A stretch of 64,000 nucleotides of DNA from Terriglobia bacterium. GTDB lineage: Bacteria > Acidobacteriota > Terriglobia > JAJPHL01 > JAPKYU01. Under the pieces are notes generated by a model. The model had not been told where the DNA came from and made no database searches. It saw only the letters and a program-made list of their open reading frames with translations. The stretch lies in the NCBI GenBank assembly GCA_965206645.1, contig CBDBKE010000004.1, positions 2,144,001 through 2,208,000 of the forward strand. Reading direction: 5' to 3'. Below are positions 39,344 to 49,997 of the stretch, piece after piece (positions within the stretch are counted from its first letter, which is position 1; each line of letters opens with the position of its first letter). The position numbers and the translations under genes were made by a program.

Positions 39344-39412
39344 ACCGCTCCTTGAAGGTCGCGGCTAGGTCCGGCGTGCGAACCGGCAGAGCTGCGCGCG
39401 TCAGCAAGCGGT
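39344..39412. repeat. REP doublet, copy 1
   Basis: ACCGCTCCTTGAAGGTCGCGGCT-spacer-AGAGCTGCGCGCGTCAGCAAGCGGT; similar to 62731-62795. Confidence 0.7.
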
Positions 39413-39503
39413 CGGCTTGTGCTGGTGGGCGCCGCTCGCCGCGGATCGCAGATCCCGGCCCTACCCGCTTCGCAACTTTGCGGCATGCTATATTTAGTTG
39501 TTT

Positions 39504-42134
39504 ATGCGGCAGGAGTTGGCCAAAACTTACGATCCGCACGCGATTGAGGAGCGGTGGGGCGACTGGTGGGTCGGGCGCAACCTGTTCCGCGCTGACCCGG
39601 CCAGCCAAAGGCCCATGTTCTCGCTGGTGATCCCGCCGCCCAACGTGACCGGCTCGCTCCACATGGGTCACATGCTGGAGCACACCGAGATTGACATCCT
39701 GATCCGCTGGAAGCGCATGAACGGCTTCAACACGCTCTGGCTGCCGGGCACCGACCACGCCGGCATTGCCACCCAGGTGATGGTGGAGCGGCGACTGGCC
39801 GAGGAGGGCCTGGACCGCAAGCAGCTGGGCCGAGAGGAATTCGAGCGCCGAGTGTGGCAGTGGAAGGAAGAGCACGGCGACACCATCAACCGCCAGATGC
39901 GCCGCCTGGGGGCGTCCTGCGACTGGTCGCGCGAGCGCTTCACCCTGGACCCAGGGTTGTCGCGGGCCGTGCGGGAAGTTTTCGTGCGGCTCTACGAAAA
40001 GAAGCTGATCTACCGCAACCGCTACACGATCAACTGGTGCCCGCGCTGCCAGACGGCGCTGTCCGACCTGGAGGTCATTCACGACGAGCAGCGCGGCAGC
40101 CTGTGGCACATCCGCTATCCGGTCCTGGGCACCGAAGAGCACGTGGTGGTGGCCACCACGCGTCCCGAGACCATGCTGGGCGACACCGCTGTCGCCGTGC
40201 ATCCCGACGACGCGCGCTACCGGAAGTTCTACGGCAAGACCATCTTGCTGCCGCTGATGGAGCGAGAAATTCCGCTGATCACCGACACCTTCGCCAACCC
40301 GGAGTTCGGCTCGGGAGCCGTCAAGGTGACCCCGGCGCACGATCCCAACGACTTCGAGGTCGGCCAGCGGCACCGCCTGGCAGAGGTGGAGGTGATCGAC
40401 GAGCAGGGCCGAATGAACCACAACGCCGGGCGCTACGCCGGCGTGGACCGAATGGAAGCTCGTCACCGCGTCGTGGCGGACCTGGAGGGGCTGGGGCTGC
40501 TCGAAAAGGTGGAACCTTACACGGTGCCCCTGGGCAAATGCCAGCGCTGCCGCACGGTCCTGGAGCCACGCGTCTCCCTGCAGTGGTTCGTCCGCGTCGG
40601 CCCGCTGGCCGGGCCGGCCATCGAGGCCGTTCGCGATGGACGCATTCGCATCGTTCCCGACTACTACGCCCGGGATTACTTCAACTGGATGGAGAACCTC
40701 CACGACTGGTGCATCTCGCGCCAGCTCTGGTGGGGCCACCGCATCCCGGCGTGGTACTGCCACGCCTGCGGCCAAACCCTGGTTAGCCGTGAGGACCCGC
40801 GTGGTTGCCCATGCGGCAGCCACGACCTGGAACAGGACCCCGACGTCCTGGACACCTGGTTCAGCTCCGCCCTGTGGCCCTTCTCCACTATGGGCTGGCC
40901 AGAGGAGACCGAGGACCTGCGCGTCTTCCATCCCACTTCTCTGCTCATCACCGGCTTCGACATCCTGTTCTTCTGGGTGGCGCGGATGATCATGATGGGC
41001 CTGGAATTCGCCGGCGACGTCCCCTTCCGCGAGGTGTACATCCATGCCCTGATCCGCGACGCCGAGCGCCAGAAGATGTCCAAGACGCGGGGCAACGTGG
41101 TGGACCCGCTGGAGGTCACCGAGCGCTACGGGACCGACGCGGTGCGCTTTACGCTGGCAATCATGGCCGCCCCGGGCACCGACATTGCGCTTTCCGAAGA
41201 CCGCATCCGCAGCTACCGGGCCTTTGCCAACAAGATCTGGAACGCGGCCCGCTTCATTTCTCTGAAAGGCGTGCCCTACACCGGCGCGGCTCCGGTGATC
41301 TCTTCATTGGAAGACCGCTGGATGTTCTCGCGGCTGGACCACGTGGCCGGCGACGTGGATGCTGCGCTTTCCGCTTACCGCTTCCACGAGGCCGCCCACC
41401 TGCTCTACCACTTCTTCTGGCACGAGTTCTGCGACTGGTACATCGAGCTGAAGAAGCTGGATACCTCGGAGCAGTCCTCGAAGGAATCCTGGCAGAACCT
41501 GCTGTGGGTGTTCGAGCACGCATTGCGGCTGCTGCATCCGTTCATGCCCTTCATCACTGAGGAGCTGTGGCAGCAACTGACCCGAGCAGGGCAGCCCCCC
41601 GCCGATTCCATCGCCCTTCAACCCTTTCCGCGCCCGGAGGGGGTCTGGCGCGACGAGGACGCAGAGCGTCTGATGCGTGCGTTGCAGGAAGCCATGGTGA
41701 GCATCCGCAATATCCGCGCCGAGCTGAAAATCGAGCCAAAGCGGCGGGTCCCAGCTGAAGTCTATTTCCCGGATACGGGCCTGCGGGTGCTGGCAGAGGA
41801 GGCCCGTCCCGCGTTTGAAAGCCTGGCCCGTGTCTCGCGGCTGACGCTGCTGGAACAGCCGCCTCCCAAGCAGGGAGGCGTGCTGCGCCATAGCCCCGAG
41901 TTTGACCTGCGCGTCCCGCTGGCCGACGCCGTGGATCAGGACGCCGAGCGCCGTCGCCTGGAAAAGGAACGTGAGCAGCTCCGGCGGCAGCACGAATCGC
42001 TCCACCGGCAACTGGAAAACCCCGGCTTCCGACAGCGAGCCCCGCAGCAGGTGGTCGCCGGCGCCGAACAGCGACTAAAAGAGAACCTCCTGCAGCAGAA
42101 GAAGATCGAAGATACGCTTGCCAGCCTGGCCTGA
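39504..42134 (+). CDS. valS: Valine-tRNA ligase
   Basis: PPPNVTG.LHMGH, GTDHAG, WCISRQLWWGH and KMSKT motifs; C-terminal coiled coil. Confidence 0.97.
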   Translation: MRQELAKTYDPHAIEERWGDWWVGRNLFRADPASQRPMFSLVIPPPNVTGSLHMGHMLEHTEIDILIRWKRMNGFNTLWLPGTDHAGIATQVMVERRLAEEGLDRKQLGREEFERRVWQWKEEHGDTINRQMRRLGASCDWSRERFTLDPGLSRAVREVFVRLYEKKLIYRNRYTINWCPRCQTALSDLEVIHDEQRGSLWHIRYPVLGTEEHVVVATTRPETMLGDTAVAVHPDDARYRKFYGKTILLPLMEREIPLITDTFANPEFGSGAVKVTPAHDPNDFEVGQRHRLAEVEVIDEQGRMNHNAGRYAGVDRMEARHRVVADLEGLGLLEKVEPYTVPLGKCQRCRTVLEPRVSLQWFVRVGPLAGPAIEAVRDGRIRIVPDYYARDYFNWMENLHDWCISRQLWWGHRIPAWYCHACGQTLVSREDPRGCPCGSHDLEQDPDVLDTWFSSALWPFSTMGWPEETEDLRVFHPTSLLITGFDILFFWVARMIMMGLEFAGDVPFREVYIHALIRDAERQKMSKTRGNVVDPLEVTERYGTDAVRFTLAIMAAPGTDIALSEDRIRSYRAFANKIWNAARFISLKGVPYTGAAPVISSLEDRWMFSRLDHVAGDVDAALSAYRFHEAAHLLYHFFWHEFCDWYIELKKLDTSEQSSKESWQNLLWVFEHALRLLHPFMPFITEELWQQLTRAGQPPADSIALQPFPRPEGVWRDEDAERLMRALQEAMVSIRNIRAELKIEPKRRVPAEVYFPDTGLRVLAEEARPAFESLARVSRLTLLEQPPPKQGGVLRHSPEFDLRVPLADAVDQDAERRRLEKEREQLRRQHESLHRQLENPGFRQRAPQQVVAGAEQRLKENLLQQKKIEDTLASLA

Positions 42135-43017
42135 GCGCGACGTTCGGGAGCTGATTGCCCGCGCCCTGGAAGAAGACCTGGGGGCCGGCGACATGACCAC
42201 CGCCGCCTGCGTTCCCGCCGATGCCTGGGCCCGTGGGCGCTTCCTGGCCCGACAGGAATTGGTTCTGGCCGGCATCGAGCTGCTGCCGCTGGTCTACGAG
42301 CAGGAGCTGGAGACGTGCCAGGCGAGCGGCACCCGCATCGCTGCCGGGGAAGTGATTGCCAGCATTGCCGGGCCGGCCCATCGGCTACTGGAGCGGGAGC
42401 GGGTGGCCCTGAACTTCCTACAGCACCTGAGCGGCATCGCCACCTACACCCGCCGGTTCGTGGACAGCGTGGTAGGGACCGGGGCTACAATTCGAGATAC
42501 GCGGAAGACGACTCCGGGACTGCGGCACCTGGAGAAACGGGCGGTCCTCGCCGGAGGCGGGTGCAACCATCGCGCAGGCCTCTACGACGCCGTGCTGATC
42601 AAGGAGAACCACATCGCGGCTGCGGGCGGAGTTCGCGCCGCAGTGGAGGCGATGCGGCACGTCTCCCAAAGTGTCGAAGTGGAAGTGCGGAACCGCGAGG
42701 AACTGGAGCAGGCGCTGGAGGCTGGCGCCGACTGTGTCCTGCTGGACAACATGACGCCCGAGCTGGTGCGTGACAGCAGCACGCTGGTGAAGCATAAGAC
42801 CGTCGGAACCGAGGACAGGACAGCAGACCTGCCTCCGCGGCGGGTGCGGGTGGAAATTTCTGGCGGAGTGACGCTGGCCAACGTGCGCGACTACGCGCTG
42901 GCCGGCCCCGACTACATTGCCGTCGGCGCGCTGACCCACTCGGCTCCGGCCGTCGACATCACCTTCCTGCTGGAATCCCCGCTGGAGTCTCTGCTGGAGT
43001 CAGGCAGCCGTGGATAA
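42118..43017 (+). CDS. nadC: Nicotinate-nucleotide diphosphorylase (carboxylating)
   Basis: ERVALNFLQHLSGIAT, DTRKTTPG, LIKENH, LLDN, SGG and GALTHS motifs. Confidence 0.95.
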   Translation: MPAWPERDVRELIARALEEDLGAGDMTTAACVPADAWARGRFLARQELVLAGIELLPLVYEQELETCQASGTRIAAGEVIASIAGPAHRLLERERVALNFLQHLSGIATYTRRFVDSVVGTGATIRDTRKTTPGLRHLEKRAVLAGGGCNHRAGLYDAVLIKENHIAAAGGVRAAVEAMRHVSQSVEVEVRNREELEQALEAGADCVLLDNMTPELVRDSSTLVKHKTVGTEDRTADLPPRRVRVEISGGVTLANVRDYALAGPDYIAVGALTHSAPAVDITFLLESPLESLLESGSRG

Positions 43018-43987
43018 GGAACTGGACCGGCTGGTGGACCTGCTCGTGGATCACGCCATGGTCGTGGTCTCCGGCACCAAGGCGGCTGCGGAGATCGGCG
43101 TGCCCCACTCAACCCTCCAGGACTGGATCGATCGGTTGCGCGCGCATGGCGCTGACATTGCCGGGGCGCGCGGACGGGGCTTCGTTCTAAAAGCCCTTCC
43201 CGACATCCTGACCCAGCGGGTCATCAAGCAGGCGGCGCGCGGAACACAGTTCGGAGCGCAGGTGCACCACTACTACTCGATCGGCTCGACAATGGATGTC
43301 GCCTCGGAGCTGGCCCACCACGGCGCGCCTCATGGCACAATTGTTTTGGCAGAAGAACAGACAGCCGGACGAGGGCGCCTCGGCCACAGCTGGTATTCGG
43401 AGCGCTCCACGGGAATTTACTGCTCGCTGATTCTCCGCCCAAAAATGCCCGCGGCTCTAGGACCGGTCCTAACTCTGGCAGCCGGCCTGGCGTTGGCCGA
43501 TACGGTTTCGGAACTCGCCCACCAGCCCGCGGACCTGCGCTGGCCCAACGACGTGCTCCTGGGCGAGCTTAAGTGCGGCGGCGTTCTGCTGGAGATGACG
43601 GCTGAGGCCGAACTCGTCAAGCACCTGGGGCTGGGCATCGGGGTCAACGTGAACCAGCAGGCCTTCCCGCAGGAGCTGGCCGGGGAAGCCACCTCGCTGG
43701 CGCTAGTGGCCGGGCGATGCTTGTCGCGTGCCGAGGTGCTGGAAACCCTGTTGCATGCACTGGACGGGCGCTGCCGCCAGTTCCTCGACGCGGGTAGCGC
43801 CTCGGTGATCGCAGATTTTCAGTCGCGTTCCAGTTTCGCCTGGGGTCGCCGGGTGGTCGTGGAGAACCAATCGGGTAGCTTTACCGGCGCTACCCAGGGC
43901 CTGGACTCCACTGGCTTTCTGCTGGTGCTCCGTGACGACACCGCGAGCGTCGAACCCGTGCTGGCGGGCACACTCCGGCCGGCCTGA
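43010..43987 (+). CDS. birA: Bifunctional biotin ligase/repressor
   Basis: N-terminal HTH; QTAGRGR, WPND, KCGGVL and GIGVNV motifs. Confidence 0.92.
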   Translation: MDKELDRLVDLLVDHAMVVVSGTKAAAEIGVPHSTLQDWIDRLRAHGADIAGARGRGFVLKALPDILTQRVIKQAARGTQFGAQVHHYYSIGSTMDVASELAHHGAPHGTIVLAEEQTAGRGRLGHSWYSERSTGIYCSLILRPKMPAALGPVLTLAAGLALADTVSELAHQPADLRWPNDVLLGELKCGGVLLEMTAEAELVKHLGLGIGVNVNQQAFPQELAGEATSLALVAGRCLSRAEVLETLLHALDGRCRQFLDAGSASVIADFQSRSSFAWGRRVVVENQSGSFTGATQGLDSTGFLLVLRDDTASVEPVLAGTLRPA

Positions 43988-43995
43988 GAGGGCGT

Positions 43996-44766
43996 ATGCT
44001 TCTGGCTATTGATATCGGCAACACCAACGCTGTGCTGGGGCTGTTTGACGGCCAGCGACTGGTGGCCCACTGGCGGCTGACCACGCTGCACGAGCAGACC
44101 GTGGATGAGTATGGCATCCTGATCCGTAACCTGTTTGCAGTGGACCAGATTGACCCGGACAGCATCCACGGCATCATCATCTCCAGCGTGGTGCCGCAGC
44201 TCGACTCGACCCTGGAGGAGGTGGCGCTGCGCTATTTCGGGCGCGCCCCGCTGTTTGTCCGGCCAGAGACGCTGACCGGCATTCCGCTACTGTACGACAA
44301 CCCCCAGGAGGTCGGAGCGGATCGCATGGTGAATGCGGTCGCCGCCCATGCGAAGTACGGTGGACCCTGCGTGGTGGTGGACTTCGGCACGGCTATTACC
44401 TTCGACGCCATCTCCCGGCAGAGCGAGTACCTGGGCGGGATCATTGCGCCCGGATTAGGCATCTCGGCCGAAGCCCTGTTCAGCCGCGCCGCTCGACTCA
44501 CCCGGGTGGACTTGCGCGAACCGGCCCAGGTGATCGGCACCAACACTACCGCCAGCATCCAGTCCGGGCTCTACTACGGCTTCATCGGCTTGGTGGACGG
44601 CATCCTGGAACGAATTTTGGCGGCGCTGGGGTCCGGGGCGGCGGTGGTGGCCACCGGAGGCCAGGCGGAGCTGCTGGCTCGCGGCTCGCGCTTCATCCGC
44701 GAAGTGGACCAGAAATTGACCTTGGAAGGCCTGCGGATCATCTGGGAGCGGAACCGCCCTATCTAG
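43996..44766 (+). CDS. coaX: Type III pantothenate kinase
   Basis: DIGNTN, GADR, DFGTA, GGIIAPG and TGG motifs. Confidence 0.95.
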   Translation: MLLAIDIGNTNAVLGLFDGQRLVAHWRLTTLHEQTVDEYGILIRNLFAVDQIDPDSIHGIIISSVVPQLDSTLEEVALRYFGRAPLFVRPETLTGIPLLYDNPQEVGADRMVNAVAAHAKYGGPCVVVDFGTAITFDAISRQSEYLGGIIAPGLGISAEALFSRAARLTRVDLREPAQVIGTNTTASIQSGLYYGFIGLVDGILERILAALGSGAAVVATGGQAELLARGSRFIREVDQKLTLEGLRIIWERNRPI

Positions 44767-44840
44767 CCGCTGTCTCTCACTCTGGCGGGTCATCGTCGCA
44801 GCGTTGAAAACGCAACGGCGGAATAAAGTTGGCGTCCGGG

Positions 44841-45494
44841 ATGGAAAACTACTTCAATTATTTCACTGAAATTGAGGAGCATTTTCAGAGGGCGCGCGGG
44901 TCCGGGACATTTCGGCTTTCCACCCTGGACTGGGCACTGATTGAGAGCTGGAAGGAATCGCAGATTCCCCTGGAGGCGGCGCTGCGCGGGATTGATCGCG
45001 CCTTTGAAAAATGGCACGCGCGGGCGCGCCGGAGCCGAATGGTGAACAGCTTGGCTTACTGCGCTCAGGAGGTGATGGCGGCAGCGCATGAGGAGGCCCC
45101 AACAGCCGACAGCCGTCCGTCCGTCGCCGCTCCCTTCACTGCGGAGGAACTGGCGACTCTGTTTGGCCGACACGCGACGGCGCTGCAACCTCGCTTGCCG
45201 GAGCTCGCCCAGAGCCTGGACGAGCTCCGGCAAGCCGCCGAATCTGGCATCCCGCTGGACCTGGAAGAGGTGGAGCGACGCCTCACCGTGCTGGAAGAGA
45301 AAATGTTCTCGGCCCTGCTCGCCAGCGCCAGCGAGCAACGCCTGCTGGCACTCCACCGCGAACTGGAATCGGCTCTGCGACCCTATCGGAGGAAGCTGTC
45401 GGCCGAGCAGATGACGCTTCTGGAAAAACAATTTCTCCGTCGGGAACTTGTGGAGGCGGCCGGGCTGCCGCGTCTCAGCCTGTTCCACTGGTGA
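44841..45494 (+). CDS. Hypothetical protein
   Basis: MENYFNYFTEIEEHF...LPRLSLF ORF with host-like codon bias, coupled to rlmD. Confidence 0.8.
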   Translation: MENYFNYFTEIEEHFQRARGSGTFRLSTLDWALIESWKESQIPLEAALRGIDRAFEKWHARARRSRMVNSLAYCAQEVMAAAHEEAPTADSRPSVAAPFTAEELATLFGRHATALQPRLPELAQSLDELRQAAESGIPLDLEEVERRLTVLEEKMFSALLASASEQRLLALHRELESALRPYRRKLSAEQMTLLEKQFLRRELVEAAGLPRLSLFHW

Positions 45495-46813
45495 AGCCGG
45501 CAATGGAGCTGCGCATTGAAAAGCTGGTGTATGGAGGCGAGGGCCTGGGACGGCTGGAAGGCCGCGCCGTGCTGCTGCCTCTGGTGCTGGCCGGTGAGCG
45601 CGTCGAAGCCCATCCCGTGAAGGAGGAGCCCCGGCTGGTTCGGGCCCGGCTCGCCCAGGTACTGGAGCCTTCGCCGGCACGAATCGCCCCCCACTGCACC
45701 TACTTCACGCGGTGCGGCGGTTGCCACTATCAGCATATGGGCTACGAAGAGCAGCTCCTCTATAAAGCAGCCATCCTCCAGGAGACGCTGCAGCGGGTGG
45801 GCAAGATCACCGCTCCAGCGCCAGAGCTGCTGGCTTCCCCGCCCTGGCACTACCGCAACCGCGCGCAGTTCAAAACCCACAAGCACGGCGACACATTCCA
45901 GTTGGGGTATTTTGAGCTGGGCTCGCATCGGCTGCTGCCCGTGGAGCGCTGTCCCATCAGCTCGCCGCGCATCAACGAGATTCTTCCCGAACTGTGGCAA
46001 TTGGGCCGGCGCTCCGATTTCCCCGCTGGAAGCGGCGAAATCGAGGTGTTTGTGACGCACGACGACTCCGGCGTGCTGGTAAATGTGGCCAGCCAGGGCC
46101 GCTGGCCGGAAACATTGGTCAGCGCGCTGCATGAGCACATTGCGGATGTTGCCTCGCTGGCCGTGGCGGAAGGCGCGGCCCGGCTTGCCGCCCTCCCCCG
46201 GTCCGCAACGAGCCGCGTTTTCGGACGCGGCTACCTCGTTTACCGGGCAGGGAATATGGAGCATCGTGTCAGCCACGGTTCGTTTTTCCAGACCAATCGC
46301 TTCCTGGCGGATACTCTGGCAGCCGTTGCCACCGAAAATCTGGAGGGAGACACGGCAGTGGACCTGTTCGCCGGCGTCGGCTACTTTGCTCTGCACCTAG
46401 CGGGCAAGTTCCGCCGCGTGGTGGCCGTCGAATCCAACAACGCCAGTATCCGAGACCTGGAGTCCAACCGGCAGAGAGCCGGGCTGGCGCATGTGGAGGC
46501 GGTGCCCGCTACTGCGGAGCAATTTCTGCCCCAACCGAACACTCCGCCGCGCCGCGGCTCCGGCCGACTCGCCTTGCACCCCGACGCCGTGTTGCTGGAC
46601 CCGCCGCGCGCCGGCCTGAGCAAAGCCGCTGCCGGGCACTTGGCCGACCTGGGTGCGCCCACAATTATCTATGTCTCCTGCGATCCCTCCACGCTGGCGC
46701 GCGACTTGGCCCGGCTGACGGCTCGCGACTATCGCCTGGCGCGCCTGCGGCTGGTGGACCTGTTCCCGCAGGCGTTTCACATCGAGACGATTGCCACATT
46801 GGAAAAGAACTGA
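45491..46813 (+). CDS. rlmD: 23S rRNA m5U methyltransferase (RlmD/TrmA family)
   Basis: TRAM domain, CGGC cluster, SFFQTN, DLFAGVG, DPPR, YVSCD and DLFP motifs. Confidence 0.9.
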   Translation: MKPAMELRIEKLVYGGEGLGRLEGRAVLLPLVLAGERVEAHPVKEEPRLVRARLAQVLEPSPARIAPHCTYFTRCGGCHYQHMGYEEQLLYKAAILQETLQRVGKITAPAPELLASPPWHYRNRAQFKTHKHGDTFQLGYFELGSHRLLPVERCPISSPRINEILPELWQLGRRSDFPAGSGEIEVFVTHDDSGVLVNVASQGRWPETLVSALHEHIADVASLAVAEGAARLAALPRSATSRVFGRGYLVYRAGNMEHRVSHGSFFQTNRFLADTLAAVATENLEGDTAVDLFAGVGYFALHLAGKFRRVVAVESNNASIRDLESNRQRAGLAHVEAVPATAEQFLPQPNTPPRRGSGRLALHPDAVLLDPPRAGLSKAAAGHLADLGAPTIIYVSCDPSTLARDLARLTARDYRLARLRLVDLFPQAFHIETIATLEKN

Positions 46814-46920
46814 GATTTTGTTCGAAGAACCAGGATGACCACCAGGCTGGCAACTGGGTACTACGATCACAGCCGGAGCCCGTCGGCGCTTCGGCTGCAT
46901 CAGTGATACTGAAATAGGCC

Positions 46921-49494
46921 GTGCGGAATCCACTATTGCCGGTGGCCGCCGCTCTGGCCGGCGGCATTTACGCTGAACGGTGGCTGCGCCTTCACGAGCA
47001 GGAGTACCTGCTTTGGATCAGCATCCTGTTGTGTGCCGCGGCGATCGCTTTGCGGCTGCGGCACCATGCCGGCGCCCTCGCCCTCGCGCTGCTGGGCACG
47101 ACGTTGGTCGGCTCCTTCTTCCTGTTCCACTGGCGGCACGCTCGGCCGCCTGAGGATATCGCCAACCTCGTGGACGCCGGTCGCGTGGACCTCAGCGAAC
47201 CCGTCCGGCTGACCGGCTGGATTGCCCAGGCAACACTGCATCGTGGCCGTGACGAAACCTACCTGTTGCGTCTGGAAGAAGTCGAGAGCCTGCAGCGAAT
47301 CTGGCCTGCCTCTGGCACTATCCGCTTGCAATACTTCATCCTTGACTCGTTCGAACCACGGTTGAGCCTGCGCTATGGCGAGCAAGTGAGCGTGCGGACG
47401 CGCCTGCGGCCCGTCCGCGGCTTTCTCAATCCTGGCAGCTTCGACCGGCAAGGACGAGCCCGCCGCCAGGGTATGCTCTTCTACGCGAGCATCAAGGCGG
47501 CGGAATTGGTCGAGCGGCTCTCGGGCCAGCGCGGGTCTCGATCGATGGCCGTTCTCGACGGCCTGCGCCGTGCACTGCTCGACCGCCTCGACGCTCTGTT
47601 TCCGATGCCGTCGCAGGCGAACGGGTTGCTCCGCGCTCTGCTGTTTGGAGACCGCTCGGGTCTGGATCGCCGAGTCTTGGAAAACTTTCGGAAGAGCGGT
47701 GCCTACCACGCTCTGGTTGTCTCCGGGCTCCACACTGCGGCGGTGGCCGGTTTCTTGCTGTTGCTGCTGCGCCTCTTCCGCCTGCCCCCACTTCCCGCCA
47801 CGCTGCTGGCGCTGGCCGGCCTGGCCTGTTATGTCGCGCTGGTCGGGAGGAGCGTGCCCACCCAGCGGGCTGCGGTCATGATTGGCCTGTACCTGCTGGC
47901 ACGCCTGATCTACCGCGAACGCGCCCTGCTGAATACGATTGCGGCCGCCGCCTTGCTGCTGCTGATTCTCCATCCGGCCGACCTGAACGATGCGGGCTTC
48001 CAGCTTTCCTTTTTTGCCGTGCTGCTGATCGCCGCAATTGCCGTGCCCTGGATAGAGCAAACCTCGGCGCCTTACCGCAGGGCCGTGGAGGACCTGGAGA
48101 ATCGCGACCGCGATCTTACTCTGGCTCCCCCGCAGGCGCAGTTTCGTATTGAATTGCGAATGCTCGACGACGCACTCCGCGAAAAAGTGCCAGCATGGCT
48201 TTTCCTGCCAGCCGTGCGCGCCGCCTTCCGCATCTACGAACTGCTCGTGGTCTCGCTGGTGATTCAGGTGGGATTTCTGTTGCCGCTATCGATCTATTTC
48301 TACCGTGCCAGTTGGGTTGGCGTGTCGGCCAATCTTTTCCTTGTGCCGCTTCTGGGGCTGGTGGTGCCGTTGGGAATGGCGACTCTGCTGCTGGCGCTCG
48401 TCTCCGAGACGCTGGCTGGACTGCTGGCCATTCCCCTGGCCGCGCTGCTGGAAATGATGCTGGCCGCGGCGCGCTGGCACGCTGGGCTGGCCCTGGCCTC
48501 CCTGCGCGTGCCGCCGCCTCCGCCGTGGGTCTCGGCAATGTTCCTGCTGGCGACGGCCCTGCTGGCCGGTAGCCTGCTGGCCCGCCGGGCCCGTCCGGCC
48601 GCAGCAGGCGCGCTAGCGCTGGCGGCCGCCGCGGTGCTCATCACCTGGCACCCTTTCCCGCCTCAATTGCCGGAGGGCGAAGTCGAGATTACGACCCTCG
48701 ATGTAGGTCAAGGCGATGCGTTGGTGGTGCTGGCTCCTCCAGGGCGGGTGATGGTGGTGGATGTGGGCGGCTTGCCCGGGAGGCAGGTCGCCACCGACAC
48801 CGGCGAGATTGTCTCGGCCTACCTGTGGTCGCGTGGCATTCGCCGCATTGACGTGCTGGCTCTCACCCACGCCCATCACGATCATGTGGCCGGCCTGGAA
48901 ACGGTGATGGCGAATTTCCAGGTTGCCGAGCTGTGGCTGCCGTCGATCCCCCACCTGGAAGCCTACGAGCGGCTCCAGCAAAGGGCCCGGCAACGCGCTA
49001 TCCCGGTGCACACCTACAGCCGGGGAGACACGGCCCGCCTGGGCGAGGCCACCGTGGCCTTTCTCTCCCCAGGCTCGAACTACCAACCGGCGTGGCGCCC
49101 GCACAATGACGATTCTCTAGTGATGCGACTCAGCTACGGCAGGCGCGCGGCATTGCTGGCCGGCGATGTGCAACAGACCATGGAAATGGAGCTATTGCGC
49201 GATAGCCGTCCGCTGCAGGCCGACTGGCTGAAGGTGCCGCACCACGGGAGTAAGAGCTCGAACTCGCTGGAGTTCCTGTCTGAGGTGGGCGCCCCATACG
49301 GAGTGATTTCGGTAGCGGCCAACAGTCGCTTCGGTCACCCGCACCCGGAGGCTCTGGAGCGATTGCGCGATGCCCGTGTTCGCCTCTTCCGCACCGACCG
49401 GGACGGCGCGGTCACCTGGGCAACCGATGGGAACCGCGGGCGCCTCAGCACCTTCCAGTGGGAACGCCGCCGCGCCGCCATCGACCTGTGGTGA
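46921..49494 (+). CDS. comEC: DNA uptake protein ComEC/Rec2
   Basis: HALVVSGLH, GFQLSF, DVGQGD, THAHHDH and KVPHHGS (MBL domain) motifs. Confidence 0.93.
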   Translation: MRNPLLPVAAALAGGIYAERWLRLHEQEYLLWISILLCAAAIALRLRHHAGALALALLGTTLVGSFFLFHWRHARPPEDIANLVDAGRVDLSEPVRLTGWIAQATLHRGRDETYLLRLEEVESLQRIWPASGTIRLQYFILDSFEPRLSLRYGEQVSVRTRLRPVRGFLNPGSFDRQGRARRQGMLFYASIKAAELVERLSGQRGSRSMAVLDGLRRALLDRLDALFPMPSQANGLLRALLFGDRSGLDRRVLENFRKSGAYHALVVSGLHTAAVAGFLLLLLRLFRLPPLPATLLALAGLACYVALVGRSVPTQRAAVMIGLYLLARLIYRERALLNTIAAAALLLLILHPADLNDAGFQLSFFAVLLIAAIAVPWIEQTSAPYRRAVEDLENRDRDLTLAPPQAQFRIELRMLDDALREKVPAWLFLPAVRAAFRIYELLVVSLVIQVGFLLPLSIYFYRASWVGVSANLFLVPLLGLVVPLGMATLLLALVSETLAGLLAIPLAALLEMMLAAARWHAGLALASLRVPPPPPWVSAMFLLATALLAGSLLARRARPAAAGALALAAAAVLITWHPFPPQLPEGEVEITTLDVGQGDALVVLAPPGRVMVVDVGGLPGRQVATDTGEIVSAYLWSRGIRRIDVLALTHAHHDHVAGLETVMANFQVAELWLPSIPHLEAYERLQQRARQRAIPVHTYSRGDTARLGEATVAFLSPGSNYQPAWRPHNDDSLVMRLSYGRRAALLAGDVQQTMEMELLRDSRPLQADWLKVPHHGSKSSNSLEFLSEVGAPYGVISVAANSRFGHPHPEALERLRDARVRLFRTDRDGAVTWATDGNRGRLSTFQWERRRAAIDLW

Positions 49495-49640
49495 ATCTCA
49501 CTGGGGGGCTCGGCAGAATCTTCCACAAGACCTCAGCTGTAAGGACTCAACCTGGCGAACGCTGGCACGTGGACGCTTGCTGGACTAAGGAGCGAAAACA
49601 TATAATCGAACCGCACTGAGGCGCCCGTCCAGGATGGACC

Positions 49641-49916
49641 ATGAGTTCCACAAGCGGGAGTCGACTTCCGCGCAAACCCACCGAAGCTGAGATTCGAGAA
49701 GAAAGCCGGAAAACACGGCGGCTCCAGTTCCTGGTGCACCTGGTGATGAGCGTGATCAGCCAGAGCCAGCACATGCCCATCGAGGAGGCTTCGTCGATGG
49801 TGGCGGCCACCAAGCGGGCGGCCCTGACCATGTTTCCGGACAAGGAATTTGCTTTCGACCTGATTTACAAGCCCCGCCTTCAAAGACTGCTCACCGAAAA
49901 ATACAGGATTCAATAA
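49641..49916 (+). CDS. Hypothetical protein
   Basis: 91-aa ORF with host codon bias; TATAAT upstream at 49601. Confidence 0.7.
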   Translation: MSSTSGSRLPRKPTEAEIREESRKTRRLQFLVHLVMSVISQSQHMPIEEASSMVAATKRAALTMFPDKEFAFDLIYKPRLQRLLTEKYRIQ

Positions 49917-49969
49917 CACTGCGGTTTGGCATCCGGTAAGGATGTCAGCGGAGCGAGATCGCCTTTAGG

Positions 49970-49997
49970 TGGCGGAGAGGGAGGGATTCGAACCCTC
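49970..49997 (-). mobile_element. tRNA-Ser 3'-end fragment (att-site-like island boundary), not a complete tRNA
   Basis: Minus strand GAGGGTTCGAATCCCTCCCTCTCCGCCA is a T-arm plus 3' acceptor strand plus GCCA; no D-arm or anticodon arm upstream. Confidence 0.75.

Noticed and set aside
37803-41045. 1080-aa minus-strand ORF
   Set aside because: Only 37803-39278 is TldD; the rest is an antisense shadow of valS plus intergenic REP sequence.
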